Shown one piece after another: positions 21,461-33,834 of a stretch of 64,000 nt of DNA. Position 1 is the stretch's first letter. Every line of letters begins with the position of its first letter. The notes below the pieces were generated by a model, which saw only the letters and a program-made list of their open reading frames with translations, was not told where the DNA came from and ran no database searches. The stretch comes from Phycisphaerae bacterium (GTDB lineage: Bacteria > Planctomycetota > Phycisphaerae > UBA1845 > Fen-1342). The stretch is from NCBI GenBank assembly GCA_963666925.2, contig CAXXTC010000007.1, positions 224,001-288,000 of the forward strand. Direction: 5' to 3'. The translations under genes and the position numbers were made by a program.

Positions 21461-22198
21461 ATGGTTGATTGGGCGCAGTTTTTTAACTACTACGCGGATC
21501 GATATGACGCCGAGGTGTTTACTCAGAACACGGCGGCGGAAGTGGCGTTTCTACTTGAGCGGCTCGGCCTGAAGGCCGGAGCGCGCGTGCTCGACGTCGG
21601 CTGCGGCACTGGCCGACACAGCGTCGGCCTGGCGCAGAACGGGTGCGTGGTCACGGGCGTGGATATCTCGGCCGGCATGCTGGAGATCGCCCGGAAACGC
21701 GCCGCGGCGGCCGGCGTCGATATCGAGTGGGTCGAACAAAACGCGGCCGACATCGCCCGGCACGACGAGTTCGACGCGGCGATCTGCCTGTGCGAGGGCG
21801 CCCTCTGTCTGCTCGGACAGGGCGACGATGCTTTGCAACGCGATCTCGTAATCCTGGAGAATATCAACCGCGCGCTGAAGCCCGGCGGCCGGGCGATCTT
21901 TAACGTGCTGAATGCCTGCCGGATGATCCGTGCCGCACGAGACGATGATGAGTCCGCGCGGCGCTTCGACATCATGGAACTCACCGAGCTGAGTGATGTC
22001 AGTGTGCTCGCCCCGGAGTTGGAGAACCAGATCACCCTGCGCGAGCGCGGCTACACCGTGCCCGAACTGCGACGCATGCTGGCACACGTCGGCTTCGTGA
22101 ATTGCAGGATTCACGGCGGGACGGCCGGCGAATGGGGCGAACGTCCGCCAAAGCTCGACGAGTTCGAGCTGATGGCGTTCGTACAGCGATCGGTCTGA
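21461..22198 (+). CDS. Class I SAM-dependent methyltransferase
   Basis: VLDVGCGTGRH, VTGVDIS, FDAAIC, ALKPGG. Confidence 0.9.
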   Translation: MVDWAQFFNYYADRYDAEVFTQNTAAEVAFLLERLGLKAGARVLDVGCGTGRHSVGLAQNGCVVTGVDISAGMLEIARKRAAAAGVDIEWVEQNAADIARHDEFDAAICLCEGALCLLGQGDDALQRDLVILENINRALKPGGRAIFNVLNACRMIRAARDDDESARRFDIMELTELSDVSVLAPELENQITLRERGYTVPELRRMLAHVGFVNCRIHGGTAGEWGERPPKLDEFELMAFVQRSV

Positions 22199-22215
22199 CG
22201 CCGCACGGGTTGCCC

Positions 22216-22244
22216 TTGACGACCCCGGCCGGTCGGCTCAAGCT
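22216..22244 (+). promoter_or_regulatory. Putative promoter giving a leaderless ispE mRNA
   Basis: TTGACG-N17-CAAGCT-N6-ATG; no SD sequence. Confidence 0.5.
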
Positions 22245-22250
22245 GACCCC

Positions 22251-23108
22251 ATGAACACCTCATTGACACGCACTGCGCCGGCCAAGATCAACCTGACCCT
22301 CCGCGTCGGTGCGACCCGCCCGGACGGGTTTCACGAGATCGAGTCGCTGGTCGCGCTCGTGGAGTTTGGCGACACGCTGACCGTGACCACGGCTGAGCCC
22401 GGGCGCTATGCCCTGCAATGCGACGCGCCGGGCGTGCCGGCCGATGGATCAAACCTGGTGCTGGCCGCGGCCCGGGCACTGGTTGGAGTGGTGGGGGGGC
22501 AGCGCGGCCTCGACATCGAGCTCATCAAGGCCGTCCCACCGCAGGCCGGCCTGGGCGGCGGCAGCTCCGACGCCGCCACGATGCTCATGATCCTCAACGA
22601 GCTGTGGCAGGCCGGCCTGAGCACGGATGAGCTGGCCCGTCTGGGAGCTACGATCGGCTCCGACGTGCCGCTGTTCTTTTACGGGCCGATCTGCGTGATG
22701 CGTGGGCGCGGCGAAGTGGTGGAACGTGTGACGAACGGGCCGCGCGGGCACGTTGTCCTCGTTCTGCCGATGCAGGGTACATCCACGCCGGACGTTTACC
22801 GCGCGTGGGATCGGTTTCCGACACCGCAGCAGCGTCCGGACGTCGCAGCCCTGTTGGCCGCGGGCTCGGCCGACGAACTTATGGAGCTGGCGTTTAACGA
22901 TCTCGAATTGGCCGCGTTCGACGTCAATCCCGGCTTGGCGGAACTCGCCCGCCAAGTGGCGGAGGTCGGCGGACAGGCAGTTCGGCTCAGCGGATCGGGC
23001 TCGGCCCTGTATCGCGTATTCGACGACTACGCGTCGGCGGAAACGTTCGCCCAGCGCGTCGGCGATGCCCTGGCCGTCCGCACCATCCTGACACAGCTTC
23101 TTGTTTGA
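22251..23108 (+). CDS. ispE: 4-diphosphocytidyl-2-C-methyl-D-erythritol kinase
   Basis: APAKINLTL, RPDGFHEIES, AGLGGGSSDAA, IGSDVPLF, LSGSGS. Confidence 0.96.
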   Translation: MNTSLTRTAPAKINLTLRVGATRPDGFHEIESLVALVEFGDTLTVTTAEPGRYALQCDAPGVPADGSNLVLAAARALVGVVGGQRGLDIELIKAVPPQAGLGGGSSDAATMLMILNELWQAGLSTDELARLGATIGSDVPLFFYGPICVMRGRGEVVERVTNGPRGHVVLVLPMQGTSTPDVYRAWDRFPTPQQRPDVAALLAAGSADELMELAFNDLELAAFDVNPGLAELARQVAEVGGQAVRLSGSGSALYRVFDDYASAETFAQRVGDALAVRTILTQLLV

Positions 23109-23303
23109 TCAACTGGGTCGCAAATCTGCAACCGGACTGCCAGCGCCAACACGCTGTCATGCCGCTCATTTGCCAGTCGGCGGCCACTAGTCCGTCTTCG
23201 ACGAACTCGTAGCGTCTCTAAACTCCATATTGCCCCGGAAAATACGGCAGGGAGGCTGCTACGGGTAAGTAGAGCTTGATCTATCGGACGATAAGATCCA
23301 CTG

Positions 23304-23942
23304 ATGACGCCGCCGATCGACTACACCGCTGAGATTAGCCGAAAGGTGTTGCACGTAAGTTCCGCGACCAGCGCCGTGCTCTACCTGTTCGTCACGCGCG
23401 AGTGGCTGATCGGCCTGCTGGTGGGGGCGGTACTGATTGCGCTGGTGGTTGAAGTGTTGCGGAGATTGCCCGGTGCATTCGCGGGCGCATATAGCGGAGC
23501 GCTCGGGTTCATGATGCGCCCCAGCGAGTGGGATCGGCTCACCGGCGCGACCTACGCGCTGATCGGCAGCCTGCTGAGCGTCATACTCTTCCCCAAGCCG
23601 ATCGCCATCGCGGTGATATTCATCCTGAGCGTGTCGGATGCGGCTGCGTCGCTGATCGGGTTACGCTTTGGGCGGGCCCGCTTCCTGGGCAAGAGCCTGG
23701 CCGGCAGCCTGGCGTTCTTCCTGACGTCTCTGCTGATCGTGTGGGCAGTATTACCGGACGCACGCGGCGTTGGGTTCGTCGCCGCAATCATCGCGACCGT
23801 GATGGAGGCCTTGCCGACCCTGCGAATCGGCCCCGTCGAGCTCAACGACAACCTCAGCATTCCCCTCGTCACCGGGGCGGCCCTGTGGTTGATGCTCGAA
23901 CACCTGGGCGCGGGGGGCGGAATCCCGCTCGCGGTCGGCTGA
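23304..23942 (+). CDS. CTP-dependent polyprenol/diacylglycerol kinase (SEC59/DGK1/VTE5 family)
   Basis: RKVLH, SDAAASLIG..FG, KSLAGS and NDNLSIP motifs; multi-TM. Confidence 0.85.
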   Translation: MTPPIDYTAEISRKVLHVSSATSAVLYLFVTREWLIGLLVGAVLIALVVEVLRRLPGAFAGAYSGALGFMMRPSEWDRLTGATYALIGSLLSVILFPKPIAIAVIFILSVSDAAASLIGLRFGRARFLGKSLAGSLAFFLTSLLIVWAVLPDARGVGFVAAIIATVMEALPTLRIGPVELNDNLSIPLVTGAALWLMLEHLGAGGGIPLAVG

Positions 23943-24228
23943 GGGACGCCGAACTCGCCCACCCTGTCAGAATGGGGGCGACCACCTGGGCGATCGGTCG
24001 CAATCATTGTTTGCCGGAACGCGGTTTCGGGGCGGAGGTGCGGGGGTTTGCCGACCGATATTGAATAGAGGCTATCCCAGATTCCCCGTGGTGCCGATTT
24101 TCGACCGGTGCCCCTCACTGGTTACAAACCAGCGCCATAGTCTTGGGATGGGGCCTGGTCAGCGATTCAGCCGCGCGAAGCGTGTGGATCGCGCTGAAAC
24201 GAATGCGCGACGCGCGCGGAGACAGGTG

Positions 24229-24945
24229 ATGGCGGAAGCGAAGAGCATCCTGGTAGTGGATGACGATCAGTTCCTGGCGGAGCTTCTGTGTCGCGTTCTG
24301 CGCGCCGCGGGGTACACGTGTGATCAGGCCACTAGCGGCGAGAGTGCGCTGGCCAGCGTAACCCGCGAGCCACCCGACCTGGTGGTGCTCGACCGCGGAC
24401 TGCCCGGTATGTCGGGGGATGACGTCGTGCGGCGGTTGCGTTCCGACCCGCGCAGCCGGGAAATCCCGGTGATCATGCTGTCCGGCATGGCGGAGGAGGA
24501 CGACGAGCTGATCGGGTTTGCGCTGGGTGCGGACGACTACGTGAGCAAGCCGTTCTCGATGAAGCTACTGCTGGCGCGCATCTCCGCGAAGCTGAGGGCA
24601 CGCGATGGCGCGGATCCAAACGAACTCGAAACGCCGCCGCGTTCGATCGTGCTGGACAAGCGCAAGTCCCGGGTGCTGGTCGATCAGGTCGCTACTCCGC
24701 TGGAACGGGTCGAGTGCCAATTGCTGGCGGCGTTGCTAGTGGCCCGGGGGCACGTGCTGCGCCGCGAGCAGCTCTGCCGGGTCGTGCACGGAGAGACCAA
24801 GGACCCCGGCACAGATGCCGAACTTGAGGGGTACATAACGGCACTGCGGCGTAAGCTGGGGCCGGCGGGCTGGTGCCTGCAACCGGTTGGCAGCGACGGC
24901 TGGGTGTTCTGCGTGCCCGCAGGGGTGAGCCGCACGACCGCTTAG
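24229..24945 (+). CDS. OmpR/PhoB-family response regulator (no cognate kinase in the window)
   Basis: ILVVDDD, PDLVVLD(RGLPGMSG), GADDYVSKPF; winged-helix-like C-terminus (YITALRRKLG). Confidence 0.88.
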   Translation: MAEAKSILVVDDDQFLAELLCRVLRAAGYTCDQATSGESALASVTREPPDLVVLDRGLPGMSGDDVVRRLRSDPRSREIPVIMLSGMAEEDDELIGFALGADDYVSKPFSMKLLLARISAKLRARDGADPNELETPPRSIVLDKRKSRVLVDQVATPLERVECQLLAALLVARGHVLRREQLCRVVHGETKDPGTDAELEGYITALRRKLGPAGWCLQPVGSDGWVFCVPAGVSRTTA

Positions 24946-24964
24946 CCCACGGGCTCAGCCCTGA

Positions 24965-25591
24965 TCAAGTGCCCGGCGGCGGGGGGATCATCATCTCGTA
25001 GGTATCGTCAGCGTTCGCATACCACGAGCCGCCGAGTCGCCCCACGGTGGTCAGACGGCGCGGGTCGATCAGTCCGTCCGCGTCGAGAATATCGTCGGCC
25101 ACGTGCAGCGCGACAATATCGCCGAAGACAACGTTGCCCCCGCCCGCCTCGTTGCCCGTGGTTATGATCTGACGCAGGCGACATTCGATATTGACCGGCG
25201 ACTCGGCCACCAGCGGCGGTTTGATCAGCTTTGCCGGCCGGGGCGTCAGCCCGGCGTATTCAAACTCGCTCTGGTCCGGCGGCAGCTCGGCCGCACAGCG
25301 GTTCATCGCCTCCGCGATCTTCGCAGACACCGTCGCGATTGCGAATTCACCGGTGTCCTTAACGTTTTGAAGCGTGTCCTTGTCGCCACCCGTGCGCCGC
25401 ACCGTCGGACAGAACAGCACCACCGGCGGGTTGCCGGAGACCATGTTGTAGAAGCTGAACGGGGCTACATTGAGCACGCCGGCAGGGGAGATAGTTGATA
25501 CCAGCGCGATCGGTCGCGGGTTGATAAAGCCAATGCAGAGCTTGTACACGTCGCGCCAGGACTTCTCCCCGCTCTCAATGTTCACGTACAT
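24965..25591 (-). CDS. Flavin reductase family protein (DIM6/NTAB-like)
   Basis: PRPIALVST, NVAPFSFYN, KDTLQNV..TGEF, ESPVNIEC, GRLGG.WY. Confidence 0.9.
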   Translation of the reverse strand: MYVNIESGEKSWRDVYKLCIGFINPRPIALVSTISPAGVLNVAPFSFYNMVSGNPPVVLFCPTVRRTGGDKDTLQNVKDTGEFAIATVSAKIAEAMNRCAAELPPDQSEFEYAGLTPRPAKLIKPPLVAESPVNIECRLRQIITTGNEAGGGNVVFGDIVALHVADDILDADGLIDPRRLTTVGRLGGSWYANADDTYEMMIPPPPGT

Positions 25592-26063
25592 CTGTTGCTT
25601 GCTCCTGCCTCTCGGGCGGTTTCAGCTTTTTGGCGGCCTCCAACTCGGCCAGCGTGCAGACTTCCCGCAGCGGCTCTACCACAAACGGCCGGGACCACAT
25701 CCGCGGGTGCGGCACGGTCAGGTCTGGCTCGTCGATCACCCGGTCATGATATAGCAGCAGGTCGAGGTCGAGCGTTCGCGGTGCGTTGGGAACGCTCCGC
25801 TGCCGCCCCTGCTGCGCTTCAATTGATTGTAGCCGGGCCAGCAGTTCCGTCGGCGGCAGGTTCGTCTCGGCCCGCACGACGGCGTTGAGGTAGTGCTCCT
25901 GCCCGGGCGGACCACCCACCGGCTCCGTCTCGTGAAACTTCGAGCACGCCAGCACGCGCAGTTCGTCAGACGCGCCGAGCTGTTCCAGGGCGGCCCGCAG
26001 ATGTGCAGCCCGGTCGCCCAGGTTTGATCCAAGCGCGATAAACACCAGCGGCGGCCTGCTCAT
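25575..26063 (-). CDS. folK: 2-amino-4-hydroxy-6-hydroxymethyldihydropteridine diphosphokinase
   Basis: FIALGSNLGDR, YLNAVV, PRTLDLDLL, LTVPHPRM..RPFV. Confidence 0.95.
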   Translation of the reverse strand: MSRPPLVFIALGSNLGDRAAHLRAALEQLGASDELRVLACSKFHETEPVGGPPGQEHYLNAVVRAETNLPPTELLARLQSIEAQQGRQRSVPNAPRTLDLDLLLYHDRVIDEPDLTVPHPRMWSRPFVVEPLREVCTLAELEAAKKLKPPERQEQATDVREH

Positions 26064-26099
26064 GTCAGAGTGCACCTTCTTGTAAGTTCCGGATCACAA

Positions 26100-26253
26100 G
26101 TGGAGCGGGCGTCCCGCCCGCCATGCCTCGATTGTGGACTGCAATCGGCGGGCGAGACGCCCGCCCCACACTTGGTGGGTGCCATGGGCAGGTTCGCCAA
26201 AGGCGAATTTGCTCGTGTGGAATACTGAATCACAGGCTATTAGCCTGTGCCAC
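26100..26253. repeat. REP-like palindrome cluster (inverted REP pair plus CACAGGC type)
   Basis: GTGG-AGCGGGCG-TCC-CGCCCGCC, GGCGGGCG-AGA-CGCCCGCC-CCAC, CACAGGC-TATTA-GCCTGTG-CCAC. Confidence 0.8.
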
Positions 26254-26285
26254 ACAGAGCCCCCTCGATCCTCGATCCTGCTCTC

Positions 26286-27455
26286 TTACCAATCCAGCTT
26301 GCGCAGGCGTTCGATCGTCTCTTCCATCCGCGCATCGGGCACGCTCAGCGAGAAGCGGATGTATCCTTCGCCGGTGGGGCCGAAGCCGCTGCCGGGCACA
26401 CCCACCACGTCGGCCTCTTCGAGCATTTTGTTGCAGACGCTGAGCGAGTCGTAGCCGCGAGGTACGCGGGCCCAGACATAGAACGTGGCGGTCGGCGGCT
26501 CGGCCGAGAAGCCCACCTGCCGTAGACCGGCGCAGAGCAGCTCCGCCCGGCGGCGATACAGCTCGCGCATGGTACGCACCTCGGGACCGTCAATATTGTC
26601 ATACGCGACGGCGGTGGTTTCCTGGATGGCGGCGAAAAGTCCGCTATCCACGTTCGACTTAATCCGCGCCAGTGCCCCGATCACGTCGGCCTGCCCGACC
26701 ACGAACCCCGCGCGCCACCCCGTCATGTTGAACGTCTTCGACGCCGAGTGAAACTCGATCGCCACGTCCAGCGCCCCCTTCACCTGGAGGATGCTCGGCG
26801 GGCGTTCGTCGCCCAGGTAAAGCTCGTTATAGGCGGCGTCATGGGCCAGCACGATGTTGTGCTCGCGGGCGAACTCGATCGCCCGCTCGAAGAAGCTCAG
26901 ACTCGCGGTGGCGCCGGTCGGGTTGTTCGGGTAATTCAGGAACATCAGGGCCGCTTTGTCCGCGACCTCGGCCGGAATCGCGTCGAAATCAGGCTTCCAT
27001 CCGTTTTCGGCGCTCAATTCGATGATATGAGGCGTGCCGCCCGCGAAAACGGTGGCCGCGAGATAGGCCGGATACCCCGGCGCCGGCACGAGCACGGTCT
27101 GGCCCGGGTTGACGGCTGCCAGCGGTAGGTGCCCGATGCCTTCCTTGCTACCGATAAGTGCGAGGAGTTGCCGCTGGGCGTCGAGCTCGACGCCGTAACG
27201 CTTCGCGAAGAAGTCCCGAATGCCCTGGCGGAACCTGGGTCGGCCACCGCCTAGCGGATAGCTGTGATTGGCCGGATTTTGCAGGGCGGCGACCATGGCC
27301 TCGATGATGAACGGGTGCGTGGGCCGGTCGGGGTCGCCGACGCCATAATCGATGATATCTCGGCCGGCGTCGATCGCGGCGCGGCGTTTCTGGTCTATGT
27401 CGGCAAACAGGTAGGGGGGTAGTGATCGCAGACGTTCGGTCGCTACGAATGGCAT
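26286..27455 (-). CDS. dapL: LL-diaminopimelate aminotransferase (class I/II PLP)
   Basis: LPPYLFA, GVGDPD, LIGSKEGI, NYPNNPTG, HDAAY, EFHSASKTFNMTGWRAG. Confidence 0.85.
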   Translation of the reverse strand: MPFVATERLRSLPPYLFADIDQKRRAAIDAGRDIIDYGVGDPDRPTHPFIIEAMVAALQNPANHSYPLGGGRPRFRQGIRDFFAKRYGVELDAQRQLLALIGSKEGIGHLPLAAVNPGQTVLVPAPGYPAYLAATVFAGGTPHIIELSAENGWKPDFDAIPAEVADKAALMFLNYPNNPTGATASLSFFERAIEFAREHNIVLAHDAAYNELYLGDERPPSILQVKGALDVAIEFHSASKTFNMTGWRAGFVVGQADVIGALARIKSNVDSGLFAAIQETTAVAYDNIDGPEVRTMRELYRRRAELLCAGLRQVGFSAEPPTATFYVWARVPRGYDSLSVCNKMLEEADVVGVPGSGFGPTGEGYIRFSLSVPDARMEETIERLRKLDW

Positions 27456-27770
27456 GTGTGGATCTCCGCTACAGCTCCCAGACCGGGGGCAGCGCCCGGC
27501 AGTCTAGACGGAGTGGGCAGGGACGACAAGGACCGCCGATCGACGACGTGGCGGCGGTTGCTGTGGCCGAAAATTACGCAAAGACGGTCATCGGGCTGGA
27601 ATCGCTCCGGGTGCTTCGTTAAAATCGGGAATTCTTGACATAAGTGCGAGACTACTAAGAGATCGAACGCGACCCGTGTACGCGATCGACACGATATCCC
27701 CCCGACTCAACATGGATCAGCGCACAGCCGCCGTGTGGGTGGCTGCTGCGCTGACGGGCAGAGTGGTAGA

Positions 27771-29651
27771 ATGGGCATTGCAACCTCCGAAAACGTAGAC
27801 GCGGACAATCGTTCAACCGCCCGAATCGAGAAGCTCAACCGGGCCGCCATCCGCTTCGCCGGTGATTCCGGCGACGGTATGCAGCTCGTCGGCAGCCAGT
27901 TCACCGCCACCTCGGCGGTGGTCGGCAATGATGTGGCCACGTTCCCGGATTATCCGGCCGAGATTCGCGCCCCGATCGGGACGCTCGCCGGCGTCTCCGG
28001 GTTCCAGGTCAACTTCGCCGCCGAGCACATCCACACCCCCGGTGACCGGGCCGATGTTCTGGTGGCGATGAACCCGGCCGCCCTCATGGCCAACCTCAAG
28101 GAAATCGTCGACGAAGCGACCGTGATCGTGAACGTCGACGAATTCAACGAATCCAACCTCCAACGGGCCAACTGTGACAAGAACCCGCTCGAGACCAACG
28201 AACTCGCCGGCCTGCGCGTGTTCCAGGTCCCGATCACCTCGCAAACACTGGAAGCCGTCAAAGAGACCGGCCTGGGGCCGCGGGATGCCGCCCGCTGCAA
28301 GAACTTCTATGCCCTGGGTCTGGCCTACTGGCTGTTTGATCGGCCGCTCGAACCGACCGAACGCTGGATCAAGAGCAAGTTCGCCCGCGTGCCCGCCGTG
28401 GCTCGCGCCAACGAACTTGCCCTGCACGCCGGCTACAACTTCGGCGAAACGACCGAGATGTTCCCCGTCCGCTATCTTGTCGAGCGGGCCAAGCTCCGGC
28501 CCGGGACCTACCGCAACGTGACCGGCAACCTGGCTACGGCGCTTGGGCTCACTACCGCCGCCCAATTGGCGCAGCGGCCGCTGTTCTACGGCAGCTACCC
28601 GATCACCCCCGCCAGCGACATTCTCCACGAACTGTCACGCCTCCAGGCCTTCGACGTACGCGTCTTCCAGGCCGAGGACGAGATCGCCGCCATGTGTTCC
28701 GTTGTCGGCGCGTCGTTTGCCGGCGTGATTGCCACCACCGGAACCAGCGGTCCCGGTATGGCACTGAAGCAGGAAGCGATCGGACTCGCAGTCATGACCG
28801 AGCTGCCCTGCGTGATTGTCAACGTGCAGCGCGGCGGGCCCAGCACGGGCTTGCCGACCAAGACCGAGCAATCCGACCTCTGGCAGGTCATCATGGGCCG
28901 CAATGGCGATTGCCCGCTGCCCGTCGTTGCCGCCCAATCGCCGGCCGACTGTTTCTGGAGCGCCATCGAAGCAATTCGAGTCGCCGTCAAGTATATGACG
29001 CCGGTCGTCCTGCTGACTGATGGCTACCTCGGCAATGGCTCCGAGCCCTGGCGCGTGCCGGACAATGACGAGCTTGCCCCGATCCCGGCGCATCACTGGA
29101 CCCAGGTCGATGGTTTCCATCCATACTCACGCGACGACAACCGTGCCCGCCCCTGGGCGGTCCCCGGCACTCCCGGCCTGCGCCACCGCATCGGCGGGCT
29201 GGAAAAGGCCGACGTCACTGGCGACGTGTGCTACGTGCCCGAGAATCACCAGCGCATGACCGAACTGCGGGCGCAGAAGGTGGCCGGCGTGGTGCGCGAT
29301 GTGCCCGATCAGGAAATCTTCGGCCACCAGGAAGGTAAGCTGCTGGTGGTTTCATGGGGTGGGACCTTCGGCGCCGTCCGCTCGGCTATCGAGCAGGCGC
29401 TCAACGACGGCCAGGACGTCGGCCACGCCCATCTGCGCTGGCTGAGCCCCATGCCTGGAAACTTCGGCGACCTGCTCAAGCGTTACGAACGTGTGCTTGT
29501 TTGTGAGCTGAACATGGGACAGCTCCGGATGTTGATGCGCGGCACCTATCTCGTGGACGCGCTCGGCCTGAACAAGGTGCAGGGCCGGCCGTTCACTATC
29601 AGCGAAGTCCGTGCGAAGATCGACGAATTACTTGGAGGTAATCCCTCGTGA
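27771..29651 (+). CDS. korA: 2-oxoacid:ferredoxin oxidoreductase alpha subunit (gamma-alpha fusion)
   Basis: IRFAGDSGDGMQL, YPAEIRAP, GSYPITPAS, QAEDEIAA, TSGPG, QRGGPSTGLPT. Confidence 0.92.
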   Translation: MGIATSENVDADNRSTARIEKLNRAAIRFAGDSGDGMQLVGSQFTATSAVVGNDVATFPDYPAEIRAPIGTLAGVSGFQVNFAAEHIHTPGDRADVLVAMNPAALMANLKEIVDEATVIVNVDEFNESNLQRANCDKNPLETNELAGLRVFQVPITSQTLEAVKETGLGPRDAARCKNFYALGLAYWLFDRPLEPTERWIKSKFARVPAVARANELALHAGYNFGETTEMFPVRYLVERAKLRPGTYRNVTGNLATALGLTTAAQLAQRPLFYGSYPITPASDILHELSRLQAFDVRVFQAEDEIAAMCSVVGASFAGVIATTGTSGPGMALKQEAIGLAVMTELPCVIVNVQRGGPSTGLPTKTEQSDLWQVIMGRNGDCPLPVVAAQSPADCFWSAIEAIRVAVKYMTPVVLLTDGYLGNGSEPWRVPDNDELAPIPAHHWTQVDGFHPYSRDDNRARPWAVPGTPGLRHRIGGLEKADVTGDVCYVPENHQRMTELRAQKVAGVVRDVPDQEIFGHQEGKLLVVSWGGTFGAVRSAIEQALNDGQDVGHAHLRWLSPMPGNFGDLLKRYERVLVCELNMGQLRMLMRGTYLVDALGLNKVQGRPFTISEVRAKIDELLGGNPS

Positions 29652-30667
29652 CTCTCTCCGATGAATCCACCGCGCTGACCTGGAAGGACTTCAAGACCGA
29701 TCAGCAGGTCAAGTGGTGCCCCGGCTGCGGCGACCACTCCATCCTGGTCCAGCTCCAGAAGGTCCTGGCCGAGGTCGGCAGCGATCCGGACAACACCGTC
29801 TTCGTCTCGGGCATCGGCTGCTCCAGCCGCTTTCCCTACTACATGAACACCTACGGGTTCCACGGGATCCATGGCCGGGCGCCGGCTGTCGCGACCGGCG
29901 TCAAGTGCGCCAACCGTGACCTGAACGTCTGGGTCATCACCGGCGACGGCGACGCGCTCAGCATCGGCGGAAACCACTTCCTCCATACTATCCGCCGCAA
30001 TGTGAACCTGAAGATCATCCTCTTCAACAACCGCATCTATGGCCTGACCAAGGGGCAGTACTCGCCGACCAGCGAGATGGGAACGCGGACGCGCTCCTCG
30101 CCGGCCGGCTCGATCGACCATCCGATCCATCCCATCTCCGTCGCCATCGGTGCGGAGATCACCTTTGTCGCCCGCGCCATCGACACCGACGTCAAGCACC
30201 TGCAATACGTGCTGAAGCGGGCGGCCGAGCATCGCGGGACGGCCTTTGTCGAGGTCTACCAGAACTGCCAGGTTTACAACGCCGGTGCGCACAAGTACGC
30301 CACCGATCGCCACACCAAGCACGACGCCGTCGTGTATCTCGAGCATGGTAAGCCGCTGGTTTTCGGTAACAACCGGGAGAAAGGGCTCCGCATCAGTGGC
30401 GACATGATCGAAGTGGCCGAGTTGGAGCAGTGCTCCGCTGACGACCTGATCATCCACGACGAAAAGGCCAGTGACGCATCCTTGGCCTACCGCCTGGCCC
30501 GGATGCACCACCCCGAGTATCCCGTGCCGCTGGGTGTGTTCCTGGCGGTCGATCAGCCGGCCTACGACGATATGCTGATGGAGCAGATCGAAGCGGCCCG
30601 CGAGAAGCAGGGTCACACCGATTTGCAGAAGCTCTATCGGGCGGGCGAAACCTGGGAAGTGAGCTGA
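29648..30667 (+). CDS. korB: 2-oxoacid:ferredoxin oxidoreductase beta subunit
   Basis: WCPGCGD, SGIGCSSR, HGR, GDGD..SIGGNH, NNRIYGLTKGQYSPT. Confidence 0.93.
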   Translation: MTLSDESTALTWKDFKTDQQVKWCPGCGDHSILVQLQKVLAEVGSDPDNTVFVSGIGCSSRFPYYMNTYGFHGIHGRAPAVATGVKCANRDLNVWVITGDGDALSIGGNHFLHTIRRNVNLKIILFNNRIYGLTKGQYSPTSEMGTRTRSSPAGSIDHPIHPISVAIGAEITFVARAIDTDVKHLQYVLKRAAEHRGTAFVEVYQNCQVYNAGAHKYATDRHTKHDAVVYLEHGKPLVFGNNREKGLRISGDMIEVAELEQCSADDLIIHDEKASDASLAYRLARMHHPEYPVPLGVFLAVDQPAYDDMLMEQIEAAREKQGHTDLQKLYRAGETWEVS

Positions 30668-30693
30668 CCCCGCCGGCCGATTACTGCATTAAG

Positions 30694-30743
30694 AAAACAA
30701 CACTGGCGTCCGTGACCAACCGTCGCGGACGCCAGTTGTTTTT
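30694..30743. terminator. Bidirectional intrinsic terminator between korB and eno
   Basis: AAAACAAC-ACTGGCGTCCGTGAC...GTCGCGGACGCCAGT-TGTTTTT. Confidence 0.8.
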
Positions 30744-30770
30744 CATATCAGGTCGTCTTCCGCACTCGAA

Positions 30771-32521
<1,751 letters not shown>

Positions 32522-32544
32522 TATCGCCTGACTCGTTACTCCGT

Positions 32545-32702
32545 CGTATGGCAGGCGTCCTGTCGCCTATCCGTAGTTGCGAGGCGGGCGTCCCACCCGC
32601 CTGCTTTTCGCTGCACCGGGCGTCCCGCTCGTCCACTCGTAATTGTGGGGCGGGCGTCTCGCCCGCCTGTTCGTGGCTATGGGGCGGACATCTTGCCTGC
32701 CT
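32545..32702. repeat. Tandem degenerate REP-like units
   Basis: Best copy GTGG-GGCGGGCG-TCT-CGCCCGCC (32645-32667), with 3-4 decayed flanking copies. Confidence 0.7.
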
Positions 32703-33029
32703 GTCCGTTACTTCGCCAAGCGTACAGGGCCCAGCGCGTGCCGATTCTAATACCAGAATCGCACGATCGTAAGCCGCCCGAGGGCTGACCGCCGTAGTTT
32801 TGTCCACATAACCCCCGCATCGGCCGGTCATTCCGGCTTCCCGGGCCGCCGACCCATCCCACGGCGCAGCTCGAAATGGGGGGCGATCACTCCGCGCCCT
32901 CCCACCTCCAAAATTTATAGTTAGGGGGTTGTTAGGGCTGGCGGCTGGTGTTATATTGGCGACACTGGTGCGGGGGTGTTTGGGTCACAGGGATGCGGGC
33001 AACCGCGCAATTGATCAAGGAGCTTGCGA

Positions 33030-33653
33030 ATGATCTCGAAACGGACGAGCGTGATGGCGGCCTTGTTGGCCGGCGGACTGGTAGGCCTGTTGGCGCTGTC
33101 CCCCGGCGTATCGCAGGAGGGGACTCCGCCGGCCGGCGACACCCAATCCATGGCTGACACCATGGCCGCCTGGACCAAGGCGAACACTCTGGGACCACAG
33201 CACGAACAATTCAAGGAGATGATCGGCACGTGGAAGGTCGTTTCCAAGATCTGGATGATGCCCGGCATGCCACCAATGGTCTCCGAGGGCACCGTCGAAT
33301 TCGAGCTCATGCTCGGCGGCCGCTTCGTCAGGCAGGAGTTCAACTGCGCCATGATGGGTGGGAAGTACCACGGCATCGGCATCGAGGGCTACGACACAAT
33401 CAAGAAAAAGTACGTGTCGATCTGGATGGACGACATGTGCACCGGCATCGGCATGATGGAAGGCACCATCGACGCGACTGGCAAGGTCATCACCTACTTC
33501 GGCACGATGAACGATCCGCTGACCGGCGAGCTCGACAAGATGACCAAGGCCGTCTTGCGCGAGGTCAGCAAGGACGAGTGCATCTTCACGATGTACGAGT
33601 TTACTGAGGGCGTCGGCGAAGTGAAAAAGATGGAGATGACCTACACGCGCTAG
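33030..33653 (+). CDS. Secreted DUF1579-family protein
   Basis: Signal peptide; GPQHEQFKEMIGTW, LGGRFV, GYDTIKKKYVSIWMD, MEMTYTR. Confidence 0.85.
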   Translation: MISKRTSVMAALLAGGLVGLLALSPGVSQEGTPPAGDTQSMADTMAAWTKANTLGPQHEQFKEMIGTWKVVSKIWMMPGMPPMVSEGTVEFELMLGGRFVRQEFNCAMMGGKYHGIGIEGYDTIKKKYVSIWMDDMCTGIGMMEGTIDATGKVITYFGTMNDPLTGELDKMTKAVLREVSKDECIFTMYEFTEGVGEVKKMEMTYTR

Positions 33654-33834
33654 CGCGGCCTCTTGGGCTGTTTGCATCTTACAAGAAGCAGGAGTGGGGC
33701 GGGTGTCCCATCCCGTTGCGTAGCACGGGGTGGGGCACTGACTGGCTTGGCCATGCAAGACGCCGACGTCCCGCTGTTCTCGGCAGTGGGACGTCGGCGT
33801 TCAGTTTCAGTAACTTACAGCCAGTCAGATTACT

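Noticed and set aside
32800..32808. DnaA box (TTGTCCACA) / oriC
   Set aside because: A single mismatched box, far from the skew flip, with no box cluster or dnaA nearby.
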